From: an uncultured Anaerolineae bacterium
GTDB taxonomy: Bacteria; Chloroflexota; Anaerolineae; SSC4; Amarolineaceae
Direction: 5' to 3'
DNA length: 46,136 nt
NCBI GenBank assembly: GCA_964642445.1
Contig: CAZXQZ010000004.1
Location: forward strand, 1 to 46,136
Part shown: piece by piece, positions 16,095 through 25,699 of the stretch
Layout: the number at the start of each line of letters is the position of its first letter
Position numbering within the stretch: the stretch's first letter is position 1
Program-made: the position numbers and the translations under genes
Notes under the pieces: generated by a model
What the model was told of the DNA's origin: nothing
Databases searched by the model: none
The model's input: the letters and a program-made list of their open reading frames with translations, nothing else

Positions 16095-18020
16095 TCACGG
16101 GCTGGGTTCGTCGGTCAACTCCAACTGCCGCAGTCTATCTGCGCGTTCGCCCACGTTGTGCACGCGCACCGTCACCGTGTCACCGGCCGCGTCGGGAACC
16201 CGCAGGTGCGTTGTTTGCCAGGTATCTTCGGGATCGCGAACGCGCACCGGCGCCGCGTCCTCGATGGTGACAGCCAGGGCGGCGTGCGGATGGGGATTGT
16301 GGGTAATTGCCAGGTAGCGTGCGGCGTGGCCGGCGGGTAGGGTTAGCCGCACGCGCACGCTCTCGCCTGGGCGCAGGATGCGGTAGGGTTCTTCGCCCGC
16401 CACCGCGGGTATCTCGTCGTAAAAACGGGCCACGGCCAGCGGCCCGCGACCACGAAAACGCAGCTGTACCGGGTATTCGGAGGCTGGGAAGAAATCGTCC
16501 CGATAGTCCAGCGCCCGGTCCTGCCAGGAGACGGGGGCGACGATGGGCAGACGCCGTTTCAACTCCGTGCTCACATCACCCTGTGTGGGGCCCAGCCGCA
16601 CGAACCAGACGCGGCGCCCGTTCGCCAGGTCTTCCAACACCCGTTCGTTGGAGTCTGTCGACAGGGTGACCTGGTCGCGGTTCTGCAGATACCAGCTCAG
16701 CGCAGGGTTGAACCAGCGGTTACCTACGATCAAATCGCCCGGCCGGATGTGTGCATCCAGATAGCGGGCGACCGCACGCCAGTCATTGATTTTGGCAACG
16801 GCATAACTCTGCCGCACCTGCAGCAGAGAGATCGTAGTCAACAGAATCGCCAATCCCACCACCACAAATCCAGCCACCCAAACGCCTGTCTGCGGTGTCT
16901 GGCCGCGAACCAGGGCAACGCGGCGACCCAACCAGGCCGCAGCCGCAGTCAGACCCACCGCCACACCCAGGAGATAGAGCGGCTGCAAGTACAACACATA
17001 GCGCACGATAAATCCCGTGCGTGGCCGGCCAATCGCAAACGCCAGCAGGGCGGTGGCCAGGGGCAGCAGAACGATGGCGGCGAGCTTCCACTGGCGCTGG
17101 CGGATGGTGACCAGCAGTCCAACCAGGAAAAAGGTCAGAAACAGCCACCCACTCAGTCCACCTGCCGCAAACTTGTCGATCGTTGCAGTGACTGAACGGA
17201 TCAGGGTAACCCAGAAATCGTGCACATCATAGGCAAGAAAGGTTTCCAGATCGAAGGCGTCCATGCGCCCGGTCGTGCTCACCCGCTGGACAATGGGCCA
17301 GTAGCTGGCCGCAATGACCGCATAGGTCACGAGCACTTTGATGACGATTTGACGGCGCTGGCGGGTGTTCACCCACCACGCGCCAGCCAAAACGAGCTGA
17401 CCGATCAGCGCGATAGCTGCCGACAGGGGCTGGTTGTACAGATTGGCGATGCTGGACAGGCCAAACAAGACCCAGAAGCGGTTCTTGTCGGGATCATCCA
17501 GGGCCCGCAGGAGTGCGTACGTAGCCACGAGCGCCAGCAGGGTCGACCAGGCGTAGAACCTGGCTTCCTGCGCATACCACACCTGATACGGCGCCGCGGC
17601 CAGCAGCAGCGTGCCCACCAGGGCCGCCGCACGACCCGCATAGCGCCACGCCAGGGCAAAAAATACCAGCAGACACAGGCTACTGGCGAGCGCCGAGGGC
17701 AGGCGCACCGCCAGCTCCTGCGGCGCATCGGGGAGGATGCGCAGGGTCGCATGACCCAGCAGATAGTACAGCGGGCCGGGATAGTTGATGTAGTATCGGA
17801 GAATGTCGGCGGGTGGCGCCAGACTGGCCTGGGCGGTCCAGATTTCATCTCCCCAGAAGCCGCGTGCCCCCAGTGCATGGAGACGCAGCAGCGCGCCCAG
17901 CAGGACGATGGCCGCCACAGCACCCACCAGGAACACTGTCGCCAGGCTGACCGACGGTGAGCGGGTCTCTGTGTGTTCGCGCCGGGGAAACAGGGCGGAT
18001 GTTCGCATCGAATCCGCCAT
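16095..18020 (-). CDS. GT-C fold glycosyltransferase of the PMT/ArnT (GT39/GT83) type
   Basis: Ten or more transmembrane helices. A conserved DE motif sits in the first extracytoplasmic loop (FWGDEIW). A C-terminal ~230-aa soluble domain is present. Start chosen at MADSMRT. The ORF extends to 18188. Confidence 0.6.
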   Translation of the reverse strand: MADSMRTSALFPRREHTETRSPSVSLATVFLVGAVAAIVLLGALLRLHALGARGFWGDEIWTAQASLAPPADILRYYINYPGPLYYLLGHATLRILPDAPQELAVRLPSALASSLCLLVFFALAWRYAGRAAALVGTLLLAAAPYQVWYAQEARFYAWSTLLALVATYALLRALDDPDKNRFWVLFGLSSIANLYNQPLSAAIALIGQLVLAGAWWVNTRQRRQIVIKVLVTYAVIAASYWPIVQRVSTTGRMDAFDLETFLAYDVHDFWVTLIRSVTATIDKFAAGGLSGWLFLTFFLVGLLVTIRQRQWKLAAIVLLPLATALLAFAIGRPRTGFIVRYVLYLQPLYLLGVAVGLTAAAAWLGRRVALVRGQTPQTGVWVAGFVVVGLAILLTTISLLQVRQSYAVAKINDWRAVARYLDAHIRPGDLIVGNRWFNPALSWYLQNRDQVTLSTDSNERVLEDLANGRRVWFVRLGPTQGDVSTELKRRLPIVAPVSWQDRALDYRDDFFPASEYPVQLRFRGRGPLAVARFYDEIPAVAGEEPYRILRPGESVRVRLTLPAGHAARYLAITHNPHPHAALAVTIEDAAPVRVRDPEDTWQTTHLRVPDAAGDTVTVRVHNVGERADRLRQLELTDEPSP

Positions 18021-18141
18021 CCAGGCAGCCGGTCGGAGTAACCAGCTTACAGGCGCACTTGATGCTGCATTTGGTAGGTCATGGCGATCATGATGCCGCA
18101 TGGAGTCGCTGTGTTTGTCCAAAGAGCCTCTCCGACAAGCT

Positions 18142-20163
18142 CTAGACGGTGCGGTACACCAGCACACCGGCTTTTCCGGCGGCTGCATACACCATATTGC
18201 CGGCGACAGTGACGTCCCATATGCTGCCTACGGCCGGGTGCCCCACGACCAGGGATGGCGCTTGCGGATTCTGCACGTTGATCATCTGCAGACCACCCGC
18301 ACGGTCAGCGACGTAGGCGATATTGCCCACCACTGTGACGGCCTGGGCCAGGTTGGGCGTGTTGTACAGGCCGCGGAATACCGGGGCCGCCCGATTGGCA
18401 ATATCGACGATCTCCAGCCCGCGAAAACCATCCGCCACGTAGGCCACATCATTGCGCACGGCGCTGGCATAGGTGTAACCCGCAGTGAGGTGGCGGCTGA
18501 TAAGTCGTGGTTGGGTGGTGTTGCTGACGTCGAGAATGATCATGCCTCCGCTCTCACCGGCTGCCAGGTAGGCGTACGGCTCCACCACCGTGACGCTCTC
18601 CGTATTATCGGGGGCGAAATAATTGGCGCGCCATACCGGTGCCGCCGGGTTCGTGACATTGATCAGCACCAGCTTGCGACCGTACCCGTTGGTTACGTAG
18701 GCAATGTTCGATGACACGACCACATCGCGCGCATAACCGGTGGCGGGATGACTGCCGCGCCACATTGGGGATGCCGGGTTGCTGACATCGAAGATTTGCA
18801 GCCCCCCGGTCCAGTCGGCGATGTACGCAAGGTTGTTCTGTACGTAGAGACGATAGGCGTAACCCGGCGTGTCTGCCGCCCCGCGCAGTGCGGGGTTGAT
18901 CGGATTGCTGATATCGATGACGTGCAGACCGTTGCTGCCATTGGCGATGTAGGCGGAGTTGCCAAGCACGCGGATACCGTGCGCATCACCGATGGTTGCG
19001 TAACTACCACGCAGCGCGGGCGAGGCCGGGTCGCTGATGTCGATGGTGCGCAGTCCGCCGAAACCATCTGCCAGCAGTGCCAGGTTGTCCAGCGCGGCCA
19101 CTTGCCGGGCGCTGCCGGGGGTGTTCAGCGTCCCTCGTAATACCGGTACCTCCGGGGTGGAGATGTCAAGAACGCGCAAACCGCCATTGTCACCATTGGC
19201 GACCAGGGCCAGACTGGCAGCCAGGGTGATGCCCACGGCATTGGGGACTGGGGCACTGCCGCGCAGCACTGGCCCTGCCGGGTTGGAGACATCCACCACC
19301 TGCAGGCCGGCATAGCCGCTGGCCAGGTAGGCCAGGGTGCCAGACAGCGCGACACTCTGCACCACGGCACCCGTGTAGGACCCCAGCAGCTGTGGGTTGC
19401 CCGGCTGGCTCACATCCACAATCTGCAAGCCCCCCAGCAGCCCATCGGCAACGTAGGCGCGACCCTCGGCTACTTGCACGGCAAAACAGTCCCCCGGCGT
19501 ATCCAGTTGACCAACCAACAACGGAAACTCGGGTATGAGGGCGTTGATGATGTGCAAACCACTGCCAGGTCCATCAGCCAGGTATACTATCCCCGCATTC
19601 ACGGTGACCCCTACCGCCTGGCCAGGGGTGTCGTAACTGCCAAGCAGACGCAGATTCTCTGGAATGCTGATATCGATCGTCTGCAGCCCACCCTCGGACC
19701 CGGCTGCCACATAGGCCACGCTGCCTTCGACAGCAATGCCGCTGACCAGGTCGGGGAGAATGGGGCTGCGCCCCAGCAGCCGGGGGGTGGCGGGGTTGGA
19801 CACGTCGAAAACGACCAGGCGCGGCCCCATGCCGGCATAGATGCGGTTGCCCATCACGGCGACGGCGTCGATGCTGCCGCCGATTTGCGCCACAGGTCCC
19901 GTGGGTGGGGACCGGTATAGACCGGGGAAGTACAAGCGCGAGGCCTGGACCGTACCGGTTTCCGGTGTCGGGTCATCGTCGCTGGCGCCGATCAAGTGCG
20001 GCGCCGCCTCGGTCGGCGCGGGCATGGCCATGTAGCGGGCATGCGCGTATGCAGGTGCGGCATCAATCACAGGCGCGCCGCGCCCAATCAGCAAGCACAT
20101 GAGGCTGGCCGCCAGTAGACGGCCAGCACGGTGGACACGTGCGCGTCGGGTGCAACGTTTCAT
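18142..20163 (-). CDS. secreted LVIVD-repeat beta-propeller protein
   Basis: An N-terminal signal peptide. It carries more than ten repeats of the form GLxI/VxDVSNPxxPxL.GSY, which is the LVIVD repeat. Confidence 0.75.
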   Translation of the reverse strand: MKRCTRRARVHRAGRLLAASLMCLLIGRGAPVIDAAPAYAHARYMAMPAPTEAAPHLIGASDDDPTPETGTVQASRLYFPGLYRSPPTGPVAQIGGSIDAVAVMGNRIYAGMGPRLVVFDVSNPATPRLLGRSPILPDLVSGIAVEGSVAYVAAGSEGGLQTIDISIPENLRLLGSYDTPGQAVGVTVNAGIVYLADGPGSGLHIINALIPEFPLLVGQLDTPGDCFAVQVAEGRAYVADGLLGGLQIVDVSQPGNPQLLGSYTGAVVQSVALSGTLAYLASGYAGLQVVDVSNPAGPVLRGSAPVPNAVGITLAASLALVANGDNGGLRVLDISTPEVPVLRGTLNTPGSARQVAALDNLALLADGFGGLRTIDISDPASPALRGSYATIGDAHGIRVLGNSAYIANGSNGLHVIDISNPINPALRGAADTPGYAYRLYVQNNLAYIADWTGGLQIFDVSNPASPMWRGSHPATGYARDVVVSSNIAYVTNGYGRKLVLINVTNPAAPVWRANYFAPDNTESVTVVEPYAYLAAGESGGMIILDVSNTTQPRLISRHLTAGYTYASAVRNDVAYVADGFRGLEIVDIANRAAPVFRGLYNTPNLAQAVTVVGNIAYVADRAGGLQMINVQNPQAPSLVVGHPAVGSIWDVTVAGNMVYAAAGKAGVLVYRTV

Positions 20164-20170
20164 CGGACGG

Positions 20171-21997
20171 TCAACGTTCTACCTGGGGGAGGAACAGGCG
20201 CGGCGGCAGAAGGTAGGCCGGCGCGCTGACCAGGTTGTTGCTGGGGTTGGTATCGCCAGACGGTTGCGTCACGGTGGCATACAGTTCGTAAATGCCGGGC
20301 ATGACGTTGGTCCAGGGTAGGGTCACTTCCAACGGAACGCTGGGTGAATTCTGGGCATTGATCACCACGCTGCCCAGGAGTGTGCCACCGCCGCTGGGCG
20401 CACCCAACCAGAACTGCACGGTCAAATCCCCGGTGACACCGATGCTGCCGCGGTTGCGCACCGCCACGCGCAGGGTGGTGGTAAAAGGCTCACCCGGTGC
20501 CAGTGTAGACCAGTCGGGCGCATCGGCCGTCAGGTTGCGTACGGCAATGTCCAGCATGTTGACCGGCGTCACGCTAACGCTCTTGGAATTGTTGGTCTCC
20601 AGGAACTCGGGAATGGCGTTGTTCGGGTCTGCCTTGGCGTGCACAGTCGTTGCGCTGTTGAGAACTACCTGCCAGTTCACCTCTGTGTACGCTGCCGGGC
20701 TCCAACGCGGCGGCAGTCCCGCCGGTACGGTGTTGATGCCAATCACCGGCCCACCGGCGTTGGGTCCCCCAATACCAAAGCGGACGTCGAACGGTCCGGT
20801 GGTTGTGTTGCCTTCGTTGTATACGTTTGTCCCTATCGTGATGGCGCTCGGCATGCCCTGGAAAATAGCCCACGTGGGAGTGACCACCGGCGTCTGACGG
20901 ATGGTGAAGTCGACGTAGGGCGTGCGATGACTGGCGCCCCAGCCCGCAAACGCCTGACCCAGGGGCGTAATCGTGCGCCGGGTGCGATCAAAAAGCGAAC
21001 GCACGATGTTGCCCTCGAAATCGTCGCTGTCCAACGAGAACCAACACCAGCGCTGCATCAGCCGGTAATCGTCCTCTGGATAACCCAGGCTGGTATCGCG
21101 CAGGGTATTGAACAGATCGAACGTGCCCACCAGGAAGGCAGCCACACGCGGGTAGTCGAAGCCGTAGTCGACCGGCAGCAGGATGCCGTATTCGCTGTTG
21201 ATGAGCGGCTTATTCTGCTGGCCATGGGCCTTCATCCACTGCCGGAAGCGGATCACCTGGTCGCGCACCAGGTCGATGCGGTCGTGGTCCTGGATTTGCC
21301 ACAGCATGCCGCTGTTAGCATTGACACCGGGTGGGATCGATGCGCCCCACGAACCACGCTCTTCGCGCAGCACGAAGGTGTGAATGTTCCACACATCGAC
21401 CGGCATCGTTGCGCCGTAGCGGGACTGGTAAGTGTTCCACACAATGTCCAGCCACTGCAGGCGCAGGGGTGTGGCCTGGGTCATGCCGCCGATGGCGATT
21501 TTGGCGGTGGGGTCGCGCTGTTTGATGTAGTGGTACGCGTTGTGATAGGCGGTCACGTACTGCTGCGGCGTCGTGTAGCGACCATCCTGGTAGATGTTGT
21601 CGGGCTCGTTGCCTACGAGCCAGATGCCGCCGCGGTTGCCATTGATAGCCTGGTCCAGCTCGCCGCCATAGGGGTAGAAGACCTCACCGTGCACGATCAG
21701 CATTGGCAGGTAGTAGTAACCGTCAGGCCGGGGTGGATTGAGCTGTGATCCCCACTTCAGATACCAGCCACCGTTCAACTGGCCGACGGCGAAGTTGCGG
21801 ATATCGGTGGTTACGCCAAAGCCAGCACGTTCGTTGTCCGAGCCGACGTACAAGGCGGATGGTGTGCCTGGCTCGTCGGACTGTGCAAACACGCCATTGG
21901 CTGTGACCAGCAACAGCAGACAGACGATCACGATGGAGATGATTTGGCGGCTGCGCGTAGGGTGGGTGGCCCTGGAGTTCGTCATGTTGCACCTCAC
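20171..21997 (-). CDS. secreted glycoside-hydrolase-like (clan GH-A, NEP motif) protein with C-terminal CARDB-like domains
   Basis: A signal peptide. WLVGNEPD is a clan-A catalytic acid/base motif. Two C-terminal domains carry ETNN/NN motifs typical of CARDB. Confidence 0.55.
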   Translation of the reverse strand: MRCNMTNSRATHPTRSRQIISIVIVCLLLLVTANGVFAQSDEPGTPSALYVGSDNERAGFGVTTDIRNFAVGQLNGGWYLKWGSQLNPPRPDGYYYLPMLIVHGEVFYPYGGELDQAINGNRGGIWLVGNEPDNIYQDGRYTTPQQYVTAYHNAYHYIKQRDPTAKIAIGGMTQATPLRLQWLDIVWNTYQSRYGATMPVDVWNIHTFVLREERGSWGASIPPGVNANSGMLWQIQDHDRIDLVRDQVIRFRQWMKAHGQQNKPLINSEYGILLPVDYGFDYPRVAAFLVGTFDLFNTLRDTSLGYPEDDYRLMQRWCWFSLDSDDFEGNIVRSLFDRTRRTITPLGQAFAGWGASHRTPYVDFTIRQTPVVTPTWAIFQGMPSAITIGTNVYNEGNTTTGPFDVRFGIGGPNAGGPVIGINTVPAGLPPRWSPAAYTEVNWQVVLNSATTVHAKADPNNAIPEFLETNNSKSVSVTPVNMLDIAVRNLTADAPDWSTLAPGEPFTTTLRVAVRNRGSIGVTGDLTVQFWLGAPSGGGTLLGSVVINAQNSPSVPLEVTLPWTNVMPGIYELYATVTQPSGDTNPSNNLVSAPAYLLPPRLFLPQVER

Positions 21998-22100
21998 TTT
22001 CGAAGGGGGGTGATCAGATAAGCATGGGTCAGTGCGATCTCGACGCCGAAGAGAAGACGAGACGCTGCCGGCACCGCTAGCTTCGAGCTACAGGTTGCGT

Positions 22101-23234
22101 CTAGGGATGCCAGGATGGAAACCGATCGACGAACGTGTTATTGGTCAGGCGTCGCAGGTTGCTGCCGTCGCGATCCATCATGTAGATCTCCCAGTCAGGA
22201 TGGTCCCGATCGGAAGCAAGAACCAGCGAGAGGCCGTTGTTGGCCCAAACCGGAGTCATGTAGTTGGCCGCCAGGTCCGTGATACGCCGCACATTGCTGC
22301 CATCCGCATTCATGATGTAGATGCCGAAGTTGCCACCGCCCTCACGATTGCTCTGAAAGACGATTTCACGACCATCTGGCGACCAGGCCGGGTACAAATC
22401 GTCTTCGGGTGTCTGGGTGAGCTGGCGCACGTTCGAGCCATCGATGTCCATGACGAAGATGTCACGGTTGCCGGTCCGTTCGGATACGAACAGCACCTGT
22501 TTGCCATCGGGTGACCATTTGCCGCGGCTTTCGTTGGTCGTCGTCTGCGTCACGCTGCGCAAGTCGGAACCATCGCGGTTTACGGCATACAACTGGAATG
22601 TGGCGTTTGCATCGCGATTGGTCTGGAAGAGCAGGCCCTGGCCGTCTGGCGACCAGGAAGGTGACCAGTTGTGCGAGGCGTGAAACGACATCAATGGTGC
22701 CTGGTTACTACCATCCGCATTCATCGTGTAGATCTGCAGCGCTTCGACGTCATCACGGTCGGTGACAAAAACGATCTGGCTGCCATCCGGTGACCAGGCC
22801 GGCTCGACGTTGGTGTCGCTGCCGGTGATACCGGTCAGCTGGCGGGGATTGCTGCCATCGTCGTTCATCACCCACACCTGCAGGCTGCCACTGCGATTGG
22901 AATGCCAGGCAATCTGGCCGGTGGGGGCGGGGGTGGCGGTCGTCACGGTCAGTGGCGAGGCCGGCGACGCAATGGTTGCCACCGCGGTGGGGGTCACCGC
23001 CACCGTGGCCGTGGGTACTGTTTCCACGGGCGTGGTCGGTATGGGCAGGGTTTCGGCGATCTGGGGTGTGGCCGGGGACAGCAGCAGCATGGCAGCCGCA
23101 CCCCACGCCACGACAGTGACAAGTACCAGAATGATGCGCTGATTTCGAAACCGCCCGAACAACGCGCTCCCCAGGCTGGCTATGCCAAGCAGTATCAACA
23201 GCGCAATGATGATGTATCGTATCACGTGGTACAC
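22101..23234 (-). CDS. TolB-like PD40 beta-propeller protein with N-terminal membrane anchor
   Basis: One N-terminal transmembrane helix, then a Thr/Pro-rich linker, then repeated SPDG..IVF.S.R.G..DI motifs, which are PD40/WD40-like. Confidence 0.75.
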   Translation of the reverse strand: MYHVIRYIIIALLILLGIASLGSALFGRFRNQRIILVLVTVVAWGAAAMLLLSPATPQIAETLPIPTTPVETVPTATVAVTPTAVATIASPASPLTVTTATPAPTGQIAWHSNRSGSLQVWVMNDDGSNPRQLTGITGSDTNVEPAWSPDGSQIVFVTDRDDVEALQIYTMNADGSNQAPLMSFHASHNWSPSWSPDGQGLLFQTNRDANATFQLYAVNRDGSDLRSVTQTTTNESRGKWSPDGKQVLFVSERTGNRDIFVMDIDGSNVRQLTQTPEDDLYPAWSPDGREIVFQSNREGGGNFGIYIMNADGSNVRRITDLAANYMTPVWANNGLSLVLASDRDHPDWEIYMMDRDGSNLRRLTNNTFVDRFPSWHP

Positions 23235-23346
23235 TCGCCAGGAAATTCACAATCAGGCCGTCGGGCCTGGGATCGTACGGCGTCCGATTATAACATGGTC
23301 TGGCGTTTCTGGGAAACTGGTCGAGTCCCAGAGCTGTATCTCAGAT

Positions 23347-23465
23347 GGGGGCAGACCCTTCGGGTTTTCATCAATGGCCGGGAGTTGGAGCCGGGAGGCA
23401 CTGCCGTGGAGTACCAGCTATCGGTGATGGCAGGGAGAAACCCGAAGGGTCTTGTGCTGTGCCCC
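23347..23465 (-). promoter_or_regulatory. candidate structured RNA element (long-range 16-bp helix with tetraloop-capped arms)
   Basis: AGACCCTTCGGGTTTTC (23353-23369) is the reverse complement of GAAACCCGAAGGGTCT (23437-23452). An outer GGGGCA/TGCCCC extension is present. Each arm can also fold locally as CCC-UUCG-GGG or CCC-GAAG-GGG. Confidence 0.3.
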
Positions 23466-23515
23466 AAACATGCCAGGCACCCGAGTCCCAAGGGTTCTGC
23501 AATCGTCCAGGCCCG

Positions 23516-24478
23516 TCACCAGTCAGCCTTCAGCAGGCGCAGCAGGTCTGATGCCGCATGGCTGCCGCGCACGCGTACGCGCGTGAGTTCAAACGGCGCC
23601 TCAGACGTGTGCAGCACGCCCTGCTGCGTCGTCACCGCGCCCCAGTAGTCGGCCGAACGAATGACCTGGATCGTGAGGTCGTCATAACGGCCAGCCGGAT
23701 AACAGAACAGGCGCGGCGTGAAGCCCAGCCGGCTTTCGATCATCTGGCGCGAGCCCAGGGCTTGCCAGACCAGAAAATCGACATCGCGCCCGGCGAGATC
23801 GGCATGATCGCGCGAGTGCGATCCGATATCGATGCCGGCGGCGTGCATCTCGGCCAGCTGCTCCCACGAGGCGTAACCGGGACGCTGCATGTCGACGAAA
23901 TCAGTAATGATGAAGAGGGTTGCCATGAATCCGTACTTTTTCAGCAGAGGAAAAGCGTTTTCATAATTGTCCACGTACCCATCGTCGAAGGTCAAAACCA
24001 CACCGTTGGCTGGCAGTTCGGGCTGCCCGGTCGCCAGGTAACTGAGCAGGTCGGCCAGTGGTATCGATTGGTACCCGGCGTCGCGCAGGGCTTGCAGGTG
24101 GGACTCGAACTGTGCCGGCGTGACGGACAGGTCCTTGCGGTAGACATCGGCGTCGGGCGCTGGTTCCGACACGTAGTGGTACATAAGGATGGGCACCCGG
24201 CTGCGGCGCACCGTCCCATCCGGCGTGGGGCCGGGTGTGGCTGTGCTGGTGGGGGTGACGGTTGGCTGCGGCGTCGCGGTTGGCGTGACCGTGGGCCGCG
24301 GTGTTGGGGTGTCCGTGGGCTGCGGCGTCGCGGTTGGGGTGGCAGTCGCAGGGGGCAGTTCACGCGACACGGTTGCTGGTACGGTGGATGGGGCGGTCTG
24401 GCTGGTGGGTGCGGCACAGGCGCCACACAAAACGACGGCCAGGACACCACACAGGATACGAATGAAGACTGTGGGCAC
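23516..24478 (-). CDS. polysaccharide deacetylase (CE4/NodB-like) with signal peptide and Pro/Thr-rich linker
   Basis: A signal peptide, then a linker (PTATPQPTDTPTPRPTVTPTATPQPTVTPTS), then NodB motifs TFDDGY and HSRDH. Confidence 0.8.
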   Translation of the reverse strand: MPTVFIRILCGVLAVVLCGACAAPTSQTAPSTVPATVSRELPPATATPTATPQPTDTPTPRPTVTPTATPQPTVTPTSTATPGPTPDGTVRRSRVPILMYHYVSEPAPDADVYRKDLSVTPAQFESHLQALRDAGYQSIPLADLLSYLATGQPELPANGVVLTFDDGYVDNYENAFPLLKKYGFMATLFIITDFVDMQRPGYASWEQLAEMHAAGIDIGSHSRDHADLAGRDVDFLVWQALGSRQMIESRLGFTPRLFCYPAGRYDDLTIQVIRSADYWGAVTTQQGVLHTSEAPFELTRVRVRGSHAASDLLRLLKADW

Positions 24479-24492
24479 GTGCTGCTCGCTGC

Positions 24493-24768
24493 TCAGAACT
24501 GGATATCGATGCTTTGGCGTTTGAGCGGGCCTTCCGCCACGGGCTTGCCACTGCGGCGCGCATTACGTTCGAGGGCTGCATCAATCAGCACCTTCCACGC
24601 CAGCAGAAATTCGCGTTCGGAAGTCTGGAGATGGGTCCAGAATTCGTCGGGGGGGCAGAACTGTTCCACCTCAGTGCGTAACGCACCAAACCCTTCGAGG
24701 AGCCACAATGCCCACGAAAAATCAGACGGCAGACGCTCCTTACCGTTGTTTTGCATGGCTGCTACCAC
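24493..24768 (-). CDS. hypothetical protein (91 aa)
   Basis: A compact ORF that exactly fills the gap between the deacetylase and the methyltransferase, on the same strand. I recognise no family. Confidence 0.4.
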   Translation of the reverse strand: MVAAMQNNGKERLPSDFSWALWLLEGFGALRTEVEQFCPPDEFWTHLQTSEREFLLAWKVLIDAALERNARRSGKPVAEGPLKRQSIDIQF

Positions 24769-24795
24769 GTCTCCTCCTTGCGCGCCTCACCCCTG

Positions 24796-25545
24796 CTACC
24801 GCCGGGCCAGACAGATGATCGACGTACCGGCGGGCAGCGACACGCGCTGCATCAGATTGGCTTCGAGAATGCCAACCTGCTCGAGGACACGGTTGACGAG
24901 TGGCGAGGCCTGCTCCATCTCCACCTGGTAGGCTTCGTCGTCGAAATGGGGCGACGCCAGCTGCGGCTCAGCGCGACCGCGGCGCAGCAAGATGCGACCC
25001 GCCGCCAATGGAAAGACGAAAAAGTTGTTGTAACTGATGTGTTCGACGTGAAATCCCTGTGCGACCAGTTTCTGGTCGAGCTCGGGTGCGGTGTAGCGGC
25101 GCTGATGCGCATTCAGATCGTCATTTTGGCTCCACAGCCACATGAAGGCGGGCACCGTGACGATCAAGAAGCCACCCGGTTTCAGGACGCGGTAACATTC
25201 GGCAAAAACGCCCTGTTCGTTCGGTACGTGCTCGACCGTATCCAGCAGCGCAACCAGCCCGAACATGGCATCGGGGAACGGCAGCGAATCAGCACTGCTT
25301 TCGTAGGCGCGCAGCCGGCGCTGGCGGGCAATTTCCAGCGGCTTGGGGTTAGGATCGACACCCATCACCTTGCCGTATAGGGCCAGGTGATGGGCCATAT
25401 TGCCGGCCCCGCATCCGACATCCAGCACCAGGCGGTCCGGATCGGGTTCCAGATACCGGTCCAACAACCCGGTGATCGCACGGGTGCGGCTGGCAAACCA
25501 CCAGTGCCTGTCTTCTTCGATTTTGACCAACATGGGTGTTGACAT
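24796..25545 (-). CDS. class I SAM-dependent methyltransferase
   Basis: Motif [13 protein letters not shown] and the post-I acidic residue in MGVDPN. 249 aa. Confidence 0.8.
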   Translation of the reverse strand: MSTPMLVKIEEDRHWWFASRTRAITGLLDRYLEPDPDRLVLDVGCGAGNMAHHLALYGKVMGVDPNPKPLEIARQRRLRAYESSADSLPFPDAMFGLVALLDTVEHVPNEQGVFAECYRVLKPGGFLIVTVPAFMWLWSQNDDLNAHQRRYTAPELDQKLVAQGFHVEHISYNNFFVFPLAAGRILLRRGRAEPQLASPHFDDEAYQVEMEQASPLVNRVLEQVGILEANLMQRVSLPAGTSIICLARR

Positions 25546-25554
25546 GGTATTAAT

Positions 25555-25653
25555 TCACCAATTCACCATGGAAAATCCCTGCTTTATCGTCGAATTCAAC
25601 CACGCCGCCGTAGCCTTTAGTTTCCATTTTTTCCATTTTTTCCATTTTGCCAT
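25555..25653 (-). CDS. candidate micro-ORF encoding a 32-aa Trp/Lys-rich peptide (MAKWKKWKKWKLKATAAWLNSTIKQGFSMVNW)
   Basis: ATG to TGA, ending 9 nt before the methyltransferase start. It arises from a 9-bp tandem DNA repeat. The SD is weak. Confidence 0.2.
   Translation of the reverse strand: MAKWKKWKKWKLKATAAWLNSTIKQGFSMVNW
25621..25647. repeat. tandem repeat (TTTTTCCAT)x3, AT-rich
   Basis: A direct read gives TTTCCATTTTTTCCATTTTTTCCATTTT. Confidence 0.85.
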
Positions 25654-25699
25654 GATACCACGAAGTGATATCGAAACCAAAAACGCGCGGATCAGCTGA

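Noticed and set aside
23345-23551. 68-aa plus-strand ORF overlapping the long-range helix
   Set aside because: It sits on the wrong strand relative to all neighbours. The palindromic nucleotide structure explains its mirrored peptide segments. No SD.
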